NCBI RefSeq assembly: GCF_009914755.1
Contig: NC_060940.1
DNA: 64,000 nucleotides
Reading direction: 5' to 3' (one strand)
Source of the DNA: the human T2T-CHM13v2.0 reference genome, Homo sapiens
The notes beneath the pieces were generated by a model. The model saw only the letters and a list, made by a program, of their open reading frames with translations. It was not told where the DNA came from and did no database searches. Made by a program: the position numbers and the translations under genes. Positions 12,915-26,086 of this stretch are shown in pieces. Position 1 is the first letter of the stretch, and each line of letters starts with the position of its first letter.

Positions 12915-13285
12915 TGCCATCACCACCATCACCACTACCACTGTGACCACCATTACCAACACCTGCAGCTCCAGCAGCATTAACATGACCACTACCACCA
13001 TCGGGAATCATGGCACCACCATCACCACTGCTATAAGACCACCATTGCCACTACCATCACCATGGCCATCACTGCCACCAACCTTACCAATGATGCCAAC
13101 ATCAACGCAGATATCATTAACCACTACCTCCACCACTGCTATTACCAATACTACACCATTGCTTCCACTAGCACCACTAGTATCGCCACATCCACAACCA
13201 CCACCATTGCCACCACCATTTATCACCATCATCACCACTAATACCAATGGCATTCACACTACCACCACCACCACCACCACCACCC
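12915..13285. repeat. Degenerate (CAC/CAT)n trinucleotide low-complexity tract
   Basis: ~370 bp of caccac/catcac/accatt variants ending in pure (ACC)n. Confidence 0.9.
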
Positions 13286-13639
13286 TGCAACCAGTGAGGA
13301 AGAAGTAGGCTTTGGGGCTTGACAGTCATGGGTTTGAGCTACTGCACTGTCCTAGAGTCCTCCTCATTGGTTAATTACCACCTGACTCAGAGGATGGTGG
13401 TGAGTTTTGAATGAGTTAAAGCTGTAAAGTAGCACACAGCAGACATTCAGTATATAAAAGGCATTGTACTATGTCTTTGATGAAATATTATGAATTCTTA
13501 GCTTTTTTAAGATGCTCCTTTCCTACTTCAAGGGAGGTTATGGGCTTTGACCTTCCCTCATTCTCTTCCATCTTCCCTCCCTTCCTTATTTTCTCTAGAT
13601 TCTTTAGTCCTATGGCTAAGATGTTTGTAAAAATCTTTC

Positions 13640-13780
13640 ATTCATCAGAAATACCATTATCCCAACTAGATGATGAGTTCTTCGAGGCAAGATTCATGTC
13701 TACCCTACCAGCATACCCTCACCACAGTGCCTAGTACCTGGTAGGGGGCTTAATACATGTGCTTTGATTAAATAGTCATG
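13640..13780 (+). mobile_element. L2 3' end
   Basis: 'actagatgatgagttcttcgaggcaaga...cacagtgcctagtacctggtaggggggcttaata'. Confidence 0.6.
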
Positions 13781-13859
13781 TGTGTGTGTGTTTATGTGTG
13801 TATATAAATGAGGCTTTTACATATATTGGGCCTGAAGGCAGATTTTATTTTTTTCCTAT

Positions 13860-14330
13860 TCAAAGTTAATTCCACAAATGACAAATGCTCAAAAACATGC
13901 ATAGAAAGAATTTTAGCACAACACTGTGTATAATAACCACAAAAAAGGGAAATAAGGTAAATGCCCATCAAAATCAGGAATTGGTTAAATGCATTTCTGT
14001 TCATCCGTATAACTACGTACTTTCCGGGTATTTTGAAAGGTAAGCTAAAAATATATTTATTGATAAGAAAATTGTTTGCAATATGTTATTAAATGTAAAA
14101 TGAAGTTACAAAAACAGCAATATTGTAGGGACATTTTTTTTCCTGTTTTGATGGGAAATGCATCGGTGAACAGAGGGGTCTATAGACAAATAGCACAGAA
14201 ACAGTCTTGGGGGACACAGACCAATTCAATAGCATGTTAATCTCTGGTAGGGGCAAGGTGGGATTACAAGCAGTTTTCTTCTTTACATTTTTCCGTTCTC
14301 CTATGGATTAATTTTGCCAATGAACAATCA
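13860..14330 (+). mobile_element. Old L1 (L1M-class) 3' fragment
   Basis: 'taaatgcccatcaaaatcaggaattggttaaatgc' resembles L1 3'-region consensus; A-rich. Confidence 0.55.
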
Positions 14331-14878
14331 TTAGTTTAGCAATCACCAGGTAAAGAACTAATGCTAGAGTAATTAGGGCTTGACGTCGTCCCATTATTCA
14401 GATTCTAGGTCTGACTTCTTTGCCACAATCACACATATTCCCAACCTCAGCAGAAATGCGGTGGTATGCTCTGGGGGTTTCCAAGGAAATTCAAAGGGAA
14501 AGAAAGTGCCAGGTGGTCACAGGACTTGGGACTTCCCAGACAGGAGTAGTAGGAGGCATCAGAATTGTTTGCCCTTGCTGGGAATCGCTTGCTGGCTGTC
14601 AGAGACCCCCCCAACATGGAGTTCTAGCTGAGAGGCTGAGTCTGCCACTTGTGAAGTATGTCATTTAAGCTCTCTTAGCACTTCCAACACTTTAAGAAAA
14701 CAGATGCCAGAATCCTAAGACAAGAACAGGAAATGTCTTCCCATAGTCTATCACCACCATGTGTGCCAAAAGGCGTCCTCCTCACCTTGGCCTCAGCCGT
14801 TTCCTCCTTCCCCACTGACCCCTGAGGCCTGGAGCGAAACATGTTTTTTGGACAAGCTCTTAGCTTTAGGTTGTATGA

Positions 14879-15244
<366 letters not shown>

Positions 15245-15319
15245 ATGCTCCCACATTTTAATAGTCCGTGTGCTCTATTTGATGAATAGAGAGGTTTCCG
15301 CACCATAGGTTGAATTCGT

Positions 15320-15540
15320 TTGATTCATCAGAACATTCGCGTTTAACCCGCTATGTGGTAGGCACTGTAGTAGGGGTTGAAGGATATAGAATTTTATTCA
15401 TTCATTCATTCATTCATTCATTCAACAAACATGGATCAGGCACTTTCACGAGCCAGGCTCTATGCTGGGAATACAAACAAGGACAAGGAGATCCCAAAGG
15501 AGGAGACAGACTCACGAATAGATCATCTCATTACAATAAC
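15320..15540 (-). mobile_element. L2 3' ends (two adjacent) with (TTCA)n tail
   Basis: 'ctatgtggtaggcactgtagtagg' and 'ttcattcattcattcattcattcattcattcaacaaac'. Confidence 0.65.
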
Positions 15541-15600
15541 CTTTCTCCCCGACATGTAGGAGGGGATCTAGTAAAAGTGACCAGTTGACTTTAGGGATAA

Positions 15601-16012
<412 letters not shown>

Positions 16013-16024
16013 TGATTTTATTAA

Positions 16025-16162
16025 AACACATTATTGTCATTGTCCAGAAAGTTGTCATAATAAATATAGAAATCTACAAAAGCTATGATGTGAATGGCAC
16101 CCCTTAAATATGGCCTCGTGTGCAGTGCACAACCTGCACAGCTGGACATATGACGGCTCTGT
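16025..16162. mobile_element. MER91-like hAT fossil
   Basis: 'gtgcagtgcacaacctgcacagctggacatatgacggctctg' resembles the MER91 terminus. Confidence 0.55.
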
Positions 16163-19079
16163 CTGGGTGGACCCAGGGGCCCAGATTGGAGGTGGGAGCA
16201 TGTCCTGGCCTGGTTGAAAGTCAGGACTGACCTTGCTCCATGTGCCTTTCCCTCCGCATATGAACTCATGTCAAACGGTTTCTTGTGAAGATACTCTTGG
16301 TTTTACCTCTGTCCTGAAGCCTGATCTAACTAATCTAAACAGATTGCATTGATGAATGTACAGTCTTTCATTTCGTGGCTCAAATAGACTATGTGAGCCC
16401 ATGGCTGGCATACTAGCCTCAAGAGACAGAATTGGAAGGGGGGTCCTGGAAAGGGGATTATTATCAAGTTCATGAAGGTGACAGATATTAGAGGAAGCAA
16501 GGAATGGATGAGGAGAGAGTAACAATTCAGCTACTTCCGACCCAAGGAGAAAATCAAAGACATCTAGCTCTTAACAGGTCCACAATTTATGGCCTCCCCA
16601 AGCTAATCTAGAAATTACCTTGGCATTGATTAACCCTGACTTATGCAGTCAGTAAATCTCCATTGGGCCCCCCAAAAGGTCCTGGGTTGAAAGGCACCTG
16701 CCAGGAAGAATGGGGGTGTGATTTAAGCCTTTGGGGGATGTGGCAATGAACAGAAGGCCCTCCTTTCTGGCAGGCCTGCCGTCTTTCCTCCTGGAGACCC
16801 AAACCTTTACCCCACTTCCAGTGGGGCCTGGGAAGGAAATGTTCCCCCTTTCTGGGGCAGGGAAGTGTCACACTGAAAACATGTCCTCTCTGAGTTGCCC
16901 CTGATGGGAAGGGCAACTCAGATAAAGGAAACAGATACATATCTGTTGTTGGGAAGCTTTGTTTCCACACATGATATATGGTTCCGGAGGAGGAGTTAGA
17001 AAACAAATTATTGTGTCTCTTCACCACCGACAGGTCTTTAGTGGTACCGACCACAGAGAAGAGATGCCAGAGATTAGCAGTTACCTCACAATAGGTCCGC
17101 AGTACAGGAAAAGTGTCTTAAGTTTATCTATTGTTAAGTGATATAATTTATCATCGCCAAGGGTTAAGGAGCAATTCCAGTCCTTTCCTACTTCAGGAAC
17201 AGAGATTTATAAGATGATGCCCAAATTTAGACATTGAGGCACTGCTGGCAGAAACGTCCCCAAAGGCTGATGGCTTGTGTGTGCGTTTGAAGTCAAGTCA
17301 TTCACAGAGCTAATTTGAGGCTCTCCTCGGAAACTATATTTGCTTTCTGAGTGCATGGTGAGTTTTCATTTGGGCCCTGACCAGCTGACAGCTATGCAAG
17401 TTTGTAGATACCAGTAATTGAATATAGATAACCTTGATGGTTGACCTCGTCAGAGCCAGGCCTGCCTGTTCCCCATTGTTTCTGGTTTTGCCAGTAGATA
17501 CTAAACTGCTGCTGGATGAATTTATATATTAAGAATTCGCTGCAGTGAGAATTGCTTATCGTTCCCTGGTCTATCCTGTAAGCTTCTATTTACTTGACGT
17601 AGTGAGCTGGGAATAAAAGCCATGATTTGACTGTTCACTATTAGTGGCAAGGGGCGGTCTGTTGGAAAAGCTCTATTAATTTCTAAAAACAAAGGAGGCA
17701 GAGAGATCATGGTTTTGCTTTATCCAAATCGCAAAGAAAGGTTCTTATCTCCCAAAGCTGCCTGTGGCTGTCCGAAATTGGTTCCCAGCCATCTTTTTAG
17801 TGTTCAATTTAGCTTAAAAGCAGAGTTTGAATCAAACACTGTACTGTCACCCATGTGTAGCACTTGTGTTTTAAGGAAAGCATTTGGAAGAGGTTCAGAA
17901 TTTATGTTTAATTCAGAGAGATGCTTTAAGAAGTCTCTAAGTGGGAAAGGTGACCACGATCCCCCTGGAGAGGGGAGAGCAGGTGACAGGGCCACATTCA
18001 GAGTGGGGTCCAAGCGAGGTGGAGTGTTAAGCTACTTGGATATCTAGGCATACGTTCACCAGCAGAATATTAACTGAGGGAATCTCTCCAAAAATGGCTC
18101 TGTAGCAATCTCTACTTTCTCCTTTATATCCTTCTGAGTTGTTGAAATGTCAACAGTGAGCACAGATCACTTTTGCAATCAAAAAAAAAAATAGATGAAG
18201 CTGCTGAAAAAAATATTTTCTGGAAACCATGTTTTCCAGCCTTCTGGAAATGGATGTGATGTGTATTTCTTGAGACTCGTCTTCCACAGGCTTTGAACTT
18301 TGCAGCTGGTGCAGACAGGGGCTTAGGAAAGGACAAGTCTGTGTCCCTGTCAGAGGTGTAGGGGTCAGAGGGTGGCTTGGTAGACAGGCAGGGAGGAAGA
18401 GGGATAAATGCAAGCTAAGGAATAGCCCAGGTAGCCACTGTCTAGCGAGTGGGATATTGGCCACTAATAACGCAGGGTCGATTCAGAGGGTCTGGGCTTT
18501 GAATGGTGGGGGTGGGAGCTCTGGAAGCCTGGCTGCCAAGCGACTGTGTGTCACTGCTCAGGTGAGGGGATCAGCCTTTGATGCTTTCAACATCAGAACA
18601 TCAGAGCTGCTCTTCATCCTGAGAAGGAAGGTTTGGGTTAGTCAGCCAGGGCAAACAGCTCAAGGGAAATTTCATTTTCCCTTTGTTGGGCCCCTGGCTT
18701 TCATCTGCTGGCGATGTACATGTACATTCCCACTACCACACGGAGGGAAGGAGGCTCGCTGGACCCAGGCATGCGCAGCCAATTTGGGGCCTGAGCGGAG
18801 CAGGTGACTATCTCAGTGTTGGAGGCCTTGTGAAGAGCCAAGGCGCAGATTGAGCCTGGAGGAAGCCTGAAATTACCTCTCCACAATGTCCCCTGCCGTC
18901 ACCAGCCAGCAGTGTGGGGACTGGCCGGGGAATTTTTCAACCCTGGCCAGTCCAACCAGTCTGACCTCCCTTCCAGCAAGGACATCCCTGTTTCTGTGTC
19001 TGCTGATTAAGACGCATTTACCTTGTAAAGAAGGGAATGAAAAGCATGTGAGTGAGCCAGTCGTCAGGGCCTTCCATAA

Positions 19080-19310
19080 CTGTAGTGTGTGATGCCATAT
19101 GTTCTGGGTTCAAATCTAGACTCTGCCTGTATGAGCTATTTAAACCTAAGCAATTTATTTCATCGTTCTCTGGCTTAGTTTCCTCGTCTGTAGAATGGAT
19201 ATGGTATTAGTATCAGCCGGTGAGGCCGTCGTGAAGATACAGTGAGTTAATATGCCTACAAAGCTCATTGCTCCACTAAAAAGGGCTCTTCAAGCATCAG
19301 TTGTCATGAC
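19080..19310 (+). mobile_element. MIR SINE
   Basis: 'ctgggttcaaatctagactctgcc...ttagtttcctcgtctgtagaatgg'. Confidence 0.7.
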
Positions 19311-19422
19311 AAACAGCCATTTGATATTCATTTGAACACAGTCCAGAAATCCTCAATATTTTAAAAGCAACTTCAAGAGATGACTGCTTTTTCCAACCGT
19401 GGAAATAATGGTTATAAAACAG

Positions 19423-19740
19423 GGTGGCTCACACCTGTAGTCCTAGCACTTTGGGAGACTAAGGCAGGAGGATTCCTTGAGGCCAGGAGTTCGAGACCAA
19501 CCTGGGCAACATGGTGAGACTCCCCCATCTCTACAAAAGTAAAGATAAATTTAAAAATTAGCTGGGTGTGATGGCACACACCTGTAATCCCAGCTACTCA
19601 AGAGGCTGAGGAGGGAGGATTGCTTGAGCCCAGGAGTTCAAGGCTGCAATGAGGGATGATGGCACCACTGCACTCCAGCCTAGACCAGACAGAGAAACCC
19701 TGTCTCTAAAAAAAAATCAATAAATCAATAAAAATGAAAA
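19423..19740 (+). mobile_element. AluJ, slightly 5' truncated
   Basis: J diagnostics 'ggattgcttgagcccaggagttcaaggctgca', 'cctgggcaacat'. Confidence 0.94.
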
Positions 19741-20959
19741 TATAAAGCAAAACTGAGATTAAACAAATGAATACAGCTTAGCAACCCTACCTTCTATTTT
19801 TTCATTTCCAAATGTGTATTGAGTGCTTTTATTAGAGTGACCTACACTGGCACTCAGTTCTTGGGAGCTCAGTACTCTCCAGCTAAGGCAGGGTTTGGAG
19901 GGAGGTAGGAGTGGGTGCAAGTGGGATGACAGCAGGAAGGGCAGGATTAAAGGCGATGGTGAAAATCAAGCCACTGACCAGGAGCCCTGCAGTCCAGGGA
20001 GAAACTGACTGTCACAGATGGGACTTCAGAAAGGCAGGAGGAGCCACCAGATCCTGAGTCCCAGGCAGGCCATAGCCTGCAAGCTTAAGAGGTCTGATGA
20101 GGCCAAGTAGAGTGGCTGCTGAGGTGAGCTTGACCTTGGACTGTAGACTATTTTCCTCTAGCCTGCTTAATGATGTCTGTGAAATTTGGAGGTCCCAGGT
20201 GTTTTCAGGATGAAAGCAGGTCCCAGGGTGACAGCAGGTGCCCTGAGGCTCCCTGGAGGAGCAGTAGATGGGACATCACCACAGGGGGCCTCTGTCTCCT
20301 CCTCTTGGGAGCCCAGTGTGGCATCAGAATGTAGGCTCTGAGAGCCACACTATGTGAACTGTGGCTGAGAGTGTCAGATGAGCCTCCATCTCTTGGGACC
20401 ATGTGAGTGTGAAAATCCTATAACTAACACCTGAGATGCTTAATTTATTCAACCAACAATATTTATTGAATACTACATGTAAGGAACTATGCCAAGTACT
20501 AGAAATAATTTTCTCTAGAGCCAGAATTATCTACAGTCTCACACCCAAGGCCAAAAATGACCAGGGAAAGTATTCAAAATGCAGATTCCAGGCCTCCATC
20601 CAGGTAATTCTGATCCAGTGAGCTGAGACTGGGGACTGGTTATTTGCACTTGGACAAATGCAAAGTTTGCCTGCTGAGGCCAATGAGCCATGCATGACAT
20701 GTATGTTTGTCCCTCTATCTGGCTATCATTTACTGAGCACTTGCTATGTATCAAACCCTGAGTAGGCACTGGGGATTGGAATAACCCTTGCACTCAAGTC
20801 ACTCATGGTTATTGAAAAAGATTGGGTTCGGCAGCTGTAATGGTTCCTGCTATTTCAGATACTACAATCTTTAAAAGGTGCTTTTGCAAAAAATCTTAAG
20901 CAAGAGGCAGAAACGTATTCACTAACTTATTGGTCCAGTTGTTGTAAAGTTTATGGTGA

Positions 20960-21200
20960 ACAAAATGTACAAGGCATTTATTATAAGCCAGGCACTTTTC
21001 TAAGTGTTATGCCTACTTAATTTAATCATTAGTCTTTGCATCAACTTTATGAGACCGATGTTATATGGGTATTCCCATTTTACAGGTGAGGACATTGAGA
21101 TGCAGTAAGGATTAGTTACCAAGGCCTTGCAGCTAAAAAGGTGAGCCTGCTTTTTGAACTCAGAGAGTCTAACTTCAGAGCCTTCACATTTATCCGTTAT
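20960..21200 (-). mobile_element. MIR SINE
   Basis: 'cccattttacaggtgaggacattgagatgcag'. Confidence 0.7.
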
Positions 21201-21320
21201 ACTACTTCCCAACTCAATGTGCTATTGCTGCAGTTTTGAGGCTGCAAAATGCTGTTGTAAAACTAGTTATTCTGGAAGTGGATCCATACAACCAAAGGAG
21301 AAAAGAACCATTGTTTGGAA

Positions 21321-21632
21321 TTTTTTTTTTTTTTTTTAACTAAGAGACAGCGTCTTGCTGTGTCACCTAGGCTGGAGTTCAGTGGTTCAACAAATCATAG
21401 GTCACCGTAACATGGACTCCTGGGCTCAAGCAATTCTCTCGCCTCAGCCTCCCAAGTAGCTGGGATCACAGGCATTTGCCACCATACCCAGCTAATTTAA
21501 AAAAAAAATTTGTAGATACAGTGTTTCTTGCTATGCTGCTCAGGTTTATCTCGAGCTCCTGGGCTCAAGCAATCCTCCAGCCTCAGCCTCCCAAAGTGGT
21601 GGGATTATAAGGATGAGCCAACGTGCCCAGCT
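21321..21632 (-). mobile_element. AluJ
   Basis: T17 tail; 'ctcctgggctcaagcaat' in both arms. Confidence 0.94.
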
Positions 21633-21719
21633 CTTGACTTATATTTTAAAGGACCTAGGGCATCTTTATTTTCTTGGGTGCTGAGGTGGGAGTGAGAATG
21701 TGGGGCTAAGAGAAAGGCT

Positions 21720-22100
21720 TAATTTCACAATGACAAGTTCAAGGGTTTAATTTTACGAACAGCTGAAAATCCTCACTTTGAAAAGTGCATTTGGATTGGC
21801 AAAGCTTAAAGAATTTGATGGTATCAAAATGTTGTCAAAGATGTGAGGAAAGAGCTATTCCCATATGCCATATAAATGTGTTCAGTGATCTTGGAGGGCA
21901 ATTTGGCAATATCTAGAAAAATTTCAAGTGTGTGTGTGCCCTACGATTGTCCAAAATCACGTTTAAATATGTCTGTGTGTGCCCACAGAGAGAGGTAAAA
22001 GCATATTTATTAAAATATTGAAAAGACTGGAAACAGCCTAAATATCCACCAATAAAAAGGGATGGTTTAAAAAAAAAAAAGGTTTCAATCCATGGAACCC
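21720..22100 (+). mobile_element. Old L1 (L1ME-like) fragment
   Basis: 'ttggagggcaatttggcaatatct', 'ctggaaacagcctaaatatccaccaata'. Confidence 0.65.
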
Positions 22101-22189
22101 TTCTAGCCAGATCTCAGCTTGCTGTGCCAAACCCATGGCTTGAGAAACTCTAACTCTGAGAGACTGTGTTGGCTACCGGTCAGAACCAA

Positions 22190-22480
22190 GAGTTCTGGCT
22201 TCCATTGCCTGCCACGAATCTTGGCTCCTTCTTTTGCTCACAGTGTGATCATGGGCAATTTTCTAGGCCTCTTTGTGTGTTAGTTTCCTCATTTACAAAT
22301 TAGAAGTGACAATATTAATATCTTGTTCATAGGTATAACTATTGTTATAAAGTTTAAAGGTATCAGTGCAAGCAAATCTAGAATGGTGTATGTTTCATGG
22401 TGTTTGTTGCATAGTATTGCTAAATAATCTCAATAAATGTGAGATAGGATAAGGTGATGGTGATGATGATGATGATGATT
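22190..22480 (+). mobile_element. MIR SINE ending in (GAT)n
   Basis: 'ttagtttcctcatttacaaat', 'ctcaataaatgt', gatgatgatgatgatgat. Confidence 0.6.
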
Positions 22481-24649
22481 AGCTATGGCTTGGATGCATG
22501 TCAGATAGTAACTGAAAAAGTAACAACAAGCAAACAATGACAGAGAACAAAGTTCAGAGAAATGATCTAGGCTGTTACAAACCCAGGCAAAGATTTGATC
22601 CTTACTCACAAACTAGAGTAAGAAAATAATCAGTGGTGGCATCTAAAAAAGGGGAGATGGGGAGCCTTTCTACAAAAACGAGATTTTAAGGGTTCAACAT
22701 GGAGGCACTGATGTTTATGAGGGGCGAATATGGTGGCCATATACATTCACATGACCGTGGTGAAACTAACAAAAGTTTAATCCCTGGGGGGCAGAGAGGC
22801 TATCGTGGCAAACACCTCCATTCTGGCTGCAATGCCAATACATTTTGTCATCCTAAGAGTCTGAAATGTTGTTCAGGATTTTCCCACAGTGAGAGAAATG
22901 TTTTTATTTCAGTCCCCAGTGAATCCCTTGGATCCAACAGAAATCTTGCTGCTTTCGAAAACATCCCTGAATTCCACTATCCAAATGCAAGTTCTTTCTC
23001 AGTGACCTGCTTACTTGCAGCCTTGCCTACTGCCTCCTGGGGTTCCTGAGGACTAGCAAAGGGGATTTCTTGATATTTAGCAATGAGCAATCTCTCTCAG
23101 GAAACATGAGCACCTGGCATGGAGGAGATCGCAGTTCCTCTTGCAGAAATTTGCCTAGTCTTCTTCCTCCAAGATAAGTGACAGATTCTTTGGGGTATTA
23201 AGGTAATACTGCACCTCCAGTTCCAGCACCAAGGCTTCTGCCCTGCCATGAAGCAATTTTCATTTCAGTGAAAGATGTAGGAGTCACGTTCCAAATTGCT
23301 GCTGAATAATTCTGAGACATCTGCAGAGATTCCAAGGCAGCCACTGTGCTCTGTTTACCAACACAATTAAACCTCGACCATTCCCTGCTGCAGTACAAAT
23401 ATAATCTTATCTACTTAACGTCAGCCGATTAAGTCATCGGGGCTGCAAAATGGTAAACAGATATTAATAACCAACCTATAAGTGAGTCATTTGAGTGAAG
23501 TGGAATATCATGGCAGGTTCTTAGGCCTTAAGGTGGAAAAGTTCACACCTTCCTGACACTGCTATAAAACACTGCAACATTACAACTTTTCAACCATATC
23601 TAAAAGGCCAATTTAGGTTTATTCCCATCCGCGTTTATGGCCATGGTTCAGCAGGTGTAAACCGGTAATAGCTGCAGTCCAGCTCTGGGTGGATGCCAGC
23701 ACAGATGTGTTCAGTCAAATGACTAATTGAAAACCTTAGACAAAATCAGCAGCCTGGCCATTTTGCCTGCATAATAAAACAGTGCTGATAAAGGCAGTGG
23801 AGAAAAAAATCCACCCATCTCATCATCAGTGCCATTAACAATCATGAGTAAAGATGAAAACAACGCATGGTTTATTCTGCAAATGAAGGCATATAACTAG
23901 ATGGTTTCCCAGGGGCCCATTACCCATTTTAATAATACATCAAGGAGCCTGAGCAAACAGTTTGTATGTGCAAACCAAACAGAACAAACTATTTACAGTT
24001 ACCGCATACAGAGACAACTCCCAGCACTCTGGATTTAACAAATTTATAAAGGTACATAACATGATAGCTATTAGCAAAATTAAAAGAGAACCATTATAGA
24101 CTTAGAGGCTGCCACGCTCACCAGTGAAGAAGGAAAGGCAACACCAACTTTCTATTGAGAAGAATCCACCTCCACACTTTTTTTTTCTTTCTTCCAAGAG
24201 AGCAGCCTGACTTGGACTCAAATTATGTGCATGAATAATAAAATACCATCTAATTAAAAACTGTAGTTAAATATGCAAAAATTAATGGTAATGAGATTGT
24301 GCAATACCTTCGAGTATAAGTACTTTATGAATTACTCACAGGAGTTCCTTTGCTTGACCTAAGCAGAAGATAACAGAAGCGACTTGGAACACTCTTGGTC
24401 CTGGTAGCCCATGGTACCCATAACACTCATGACCAGGGCAGTCAATGGACAACCTGGGGTGGAAGGTGGCTTGGCCAAAGCCTTCTTTTTTGATTACTGG
24501 AGATGACAAGAACTGGAAGGATTGAGGTAGGCATTGTTCAAAAGGCTGGGTAGCGGTCCAGGCTGGGGCAGTGGCTTTTCACCCTAGAGTAAGAAGGGCC
24601 TTCACACAAAATCATGATAGCTGGACAGAGACCCTCAATAATAAGAAAC

Positions 24650-25290
24650 AGATGAAAATATCTATTTTTGGACTCACTTACGGGTGTTTTCCTATGAGCT
24701 ATCCAGAACGTTGTTGCCTTCCTAGTCACCAGTGCAAAGTTTTACCCATACTCTGGATTGTACCAGATCATTCTAGGAGAGCATCCCCATGCCAACACTA
24801 TTGCCCGGGACAAGAGCTGCTTCCAGAACCTTCTTCCCAGTGTGCAACCTGCTTTTCTCCCTTGTAGTCTCTGAAGCCTATGCGACATTGTCAGCACAAG
24901 CTCTTGTGCATATTTTCCTCAGCACCATTTGAAGAGGCCACTGGTCTCCTTTTTGCCTTTCAGCCCTTTGGGTACTTGACCATACATTTGCGACTGGCTC
25001 AGCCTCCGAGGGCCACCCTGACATTTGCTCTAGAGGCAAGGGACTAGATCTTACCCATTGCCTTTGCTTAGAGCTTCTGAATCTCAACTTCCCCTGATCT
25101 CTATCTTCCTATTTCTCCATGGCTGGCGATTCTTCTTGAGGAAAGTAGATGACAAACTGAACATGATCTTAGCACAGTAGACAATTTCAGACCTACTCAA
25201 TATGACTCCAGTTTTTGCCTCTTCGTCTGTCAAGATGGAGGTTGACGTGCTGAAAAATAAGCATTTCTTTGGGGAAGTATGTCTCATTCA
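24650..25290 (-). mobile_element. Probable ancient CR1/L3-type LINE 3' remnant
   Basis: Minus-strand decayed motifs in CR1 order: 'EIVYC' (cf. LEYC), 'VKYPKG' (cf. YKYLKG, 24961-24980), 'LQGRK..RLHTGKKVL' (cf. KLQQGRFRLDIRKNFF, 24824-24870); matched by eye only. Confidence 0.45.
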
Positions 25291-25800
25291 GATGAGGCTG
25301 ATGGAAAAACTTCTCTCTCAGCACCTTCTTGAATATACATTGTCATCCTGCTTATGATAAGGGTTTCTTGTCAAGTCAGTAGTATCTGAGCTAATTGATA
25401 CATTCTCAGCAGCCATGTATACCAGGCAGGTTCATCAGCTGTGCAAAAGAATAATCATTGTGATGTCAGCAGAGTGATCATTTTGTTCACTGCCAGCTGA
25501 TCTTAACCAGTTCCCAGATTTGTGTTGTATCGTTTGGGGCTTATGAGAAAATGGTGAACTTGATCTACCTTCTTTTTTTTTTCTTTCTCCCATTGAAAAA
25601 GTCAGAATTTCTCCCTTCCTCTCTCATAGGTTCTACCTGACCTTCTCAATAGGTAGCCAAGTTTTAATGGTAGAAGCACAGCGAGCGGTAAGAATTGTTA
25701 GTGTCTCATATGGTAAAGGTACAAATTTAAACAGGCTGAGCCTTCTTAAAATCAATAAATAAATCCCGATTTATTTAGGAATCTTAAAAAGACTTGGTGT

Positions 25801-25997
25801 CCCAGCCTGCACAACATGATGACACCTCGTCTCTACAAATTAGCTGAGCATGGTGGTATATGCCTGTAGTCGCAACTGCTGGGGAGGCTGAGATGGGAGG
25901 ATCACTTTAACCCTGAGAGGTCGAGGCTGCAGTGGGCCATGATTGAGCTGCTGTACTCCAGCCCGGGTGACGGAGTAAGACCCAGTATAAAAAAAAG
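25801..25997 (+). mobile_element. 5'-truncated AluJ with shortened A-linker
   Basis: Starts in late left arm; 'gaggtcgaggctgcagtg'; TSD agacttggtg at 25790-25799 and 25998-26007. Confidence 0.9.
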
Positions 25998-26086
25998 AGA
26001 CTTGGTGCCTAATAAATATATTTCTTATTGATATTGATTAATTGATTGATTTGTTATTTACATCTCCCAAATGAGTGGGAGATGTA

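Noticed and set aside
12844-13308. 154-aa Thr/Pro-rich mucin-like ORF and poly-His ORF
   Set aside because: Product of the degenerate CAC repeat, which lacks stop codons
25120-25560. Possible processed pseudogene (plus-strand reading ...KHFFGEVCL..., T run at about 25573)
   Set aside because: Several stops, no TSD and no recognisable parent gene; minus-strand CR1-like motifs explain the region better
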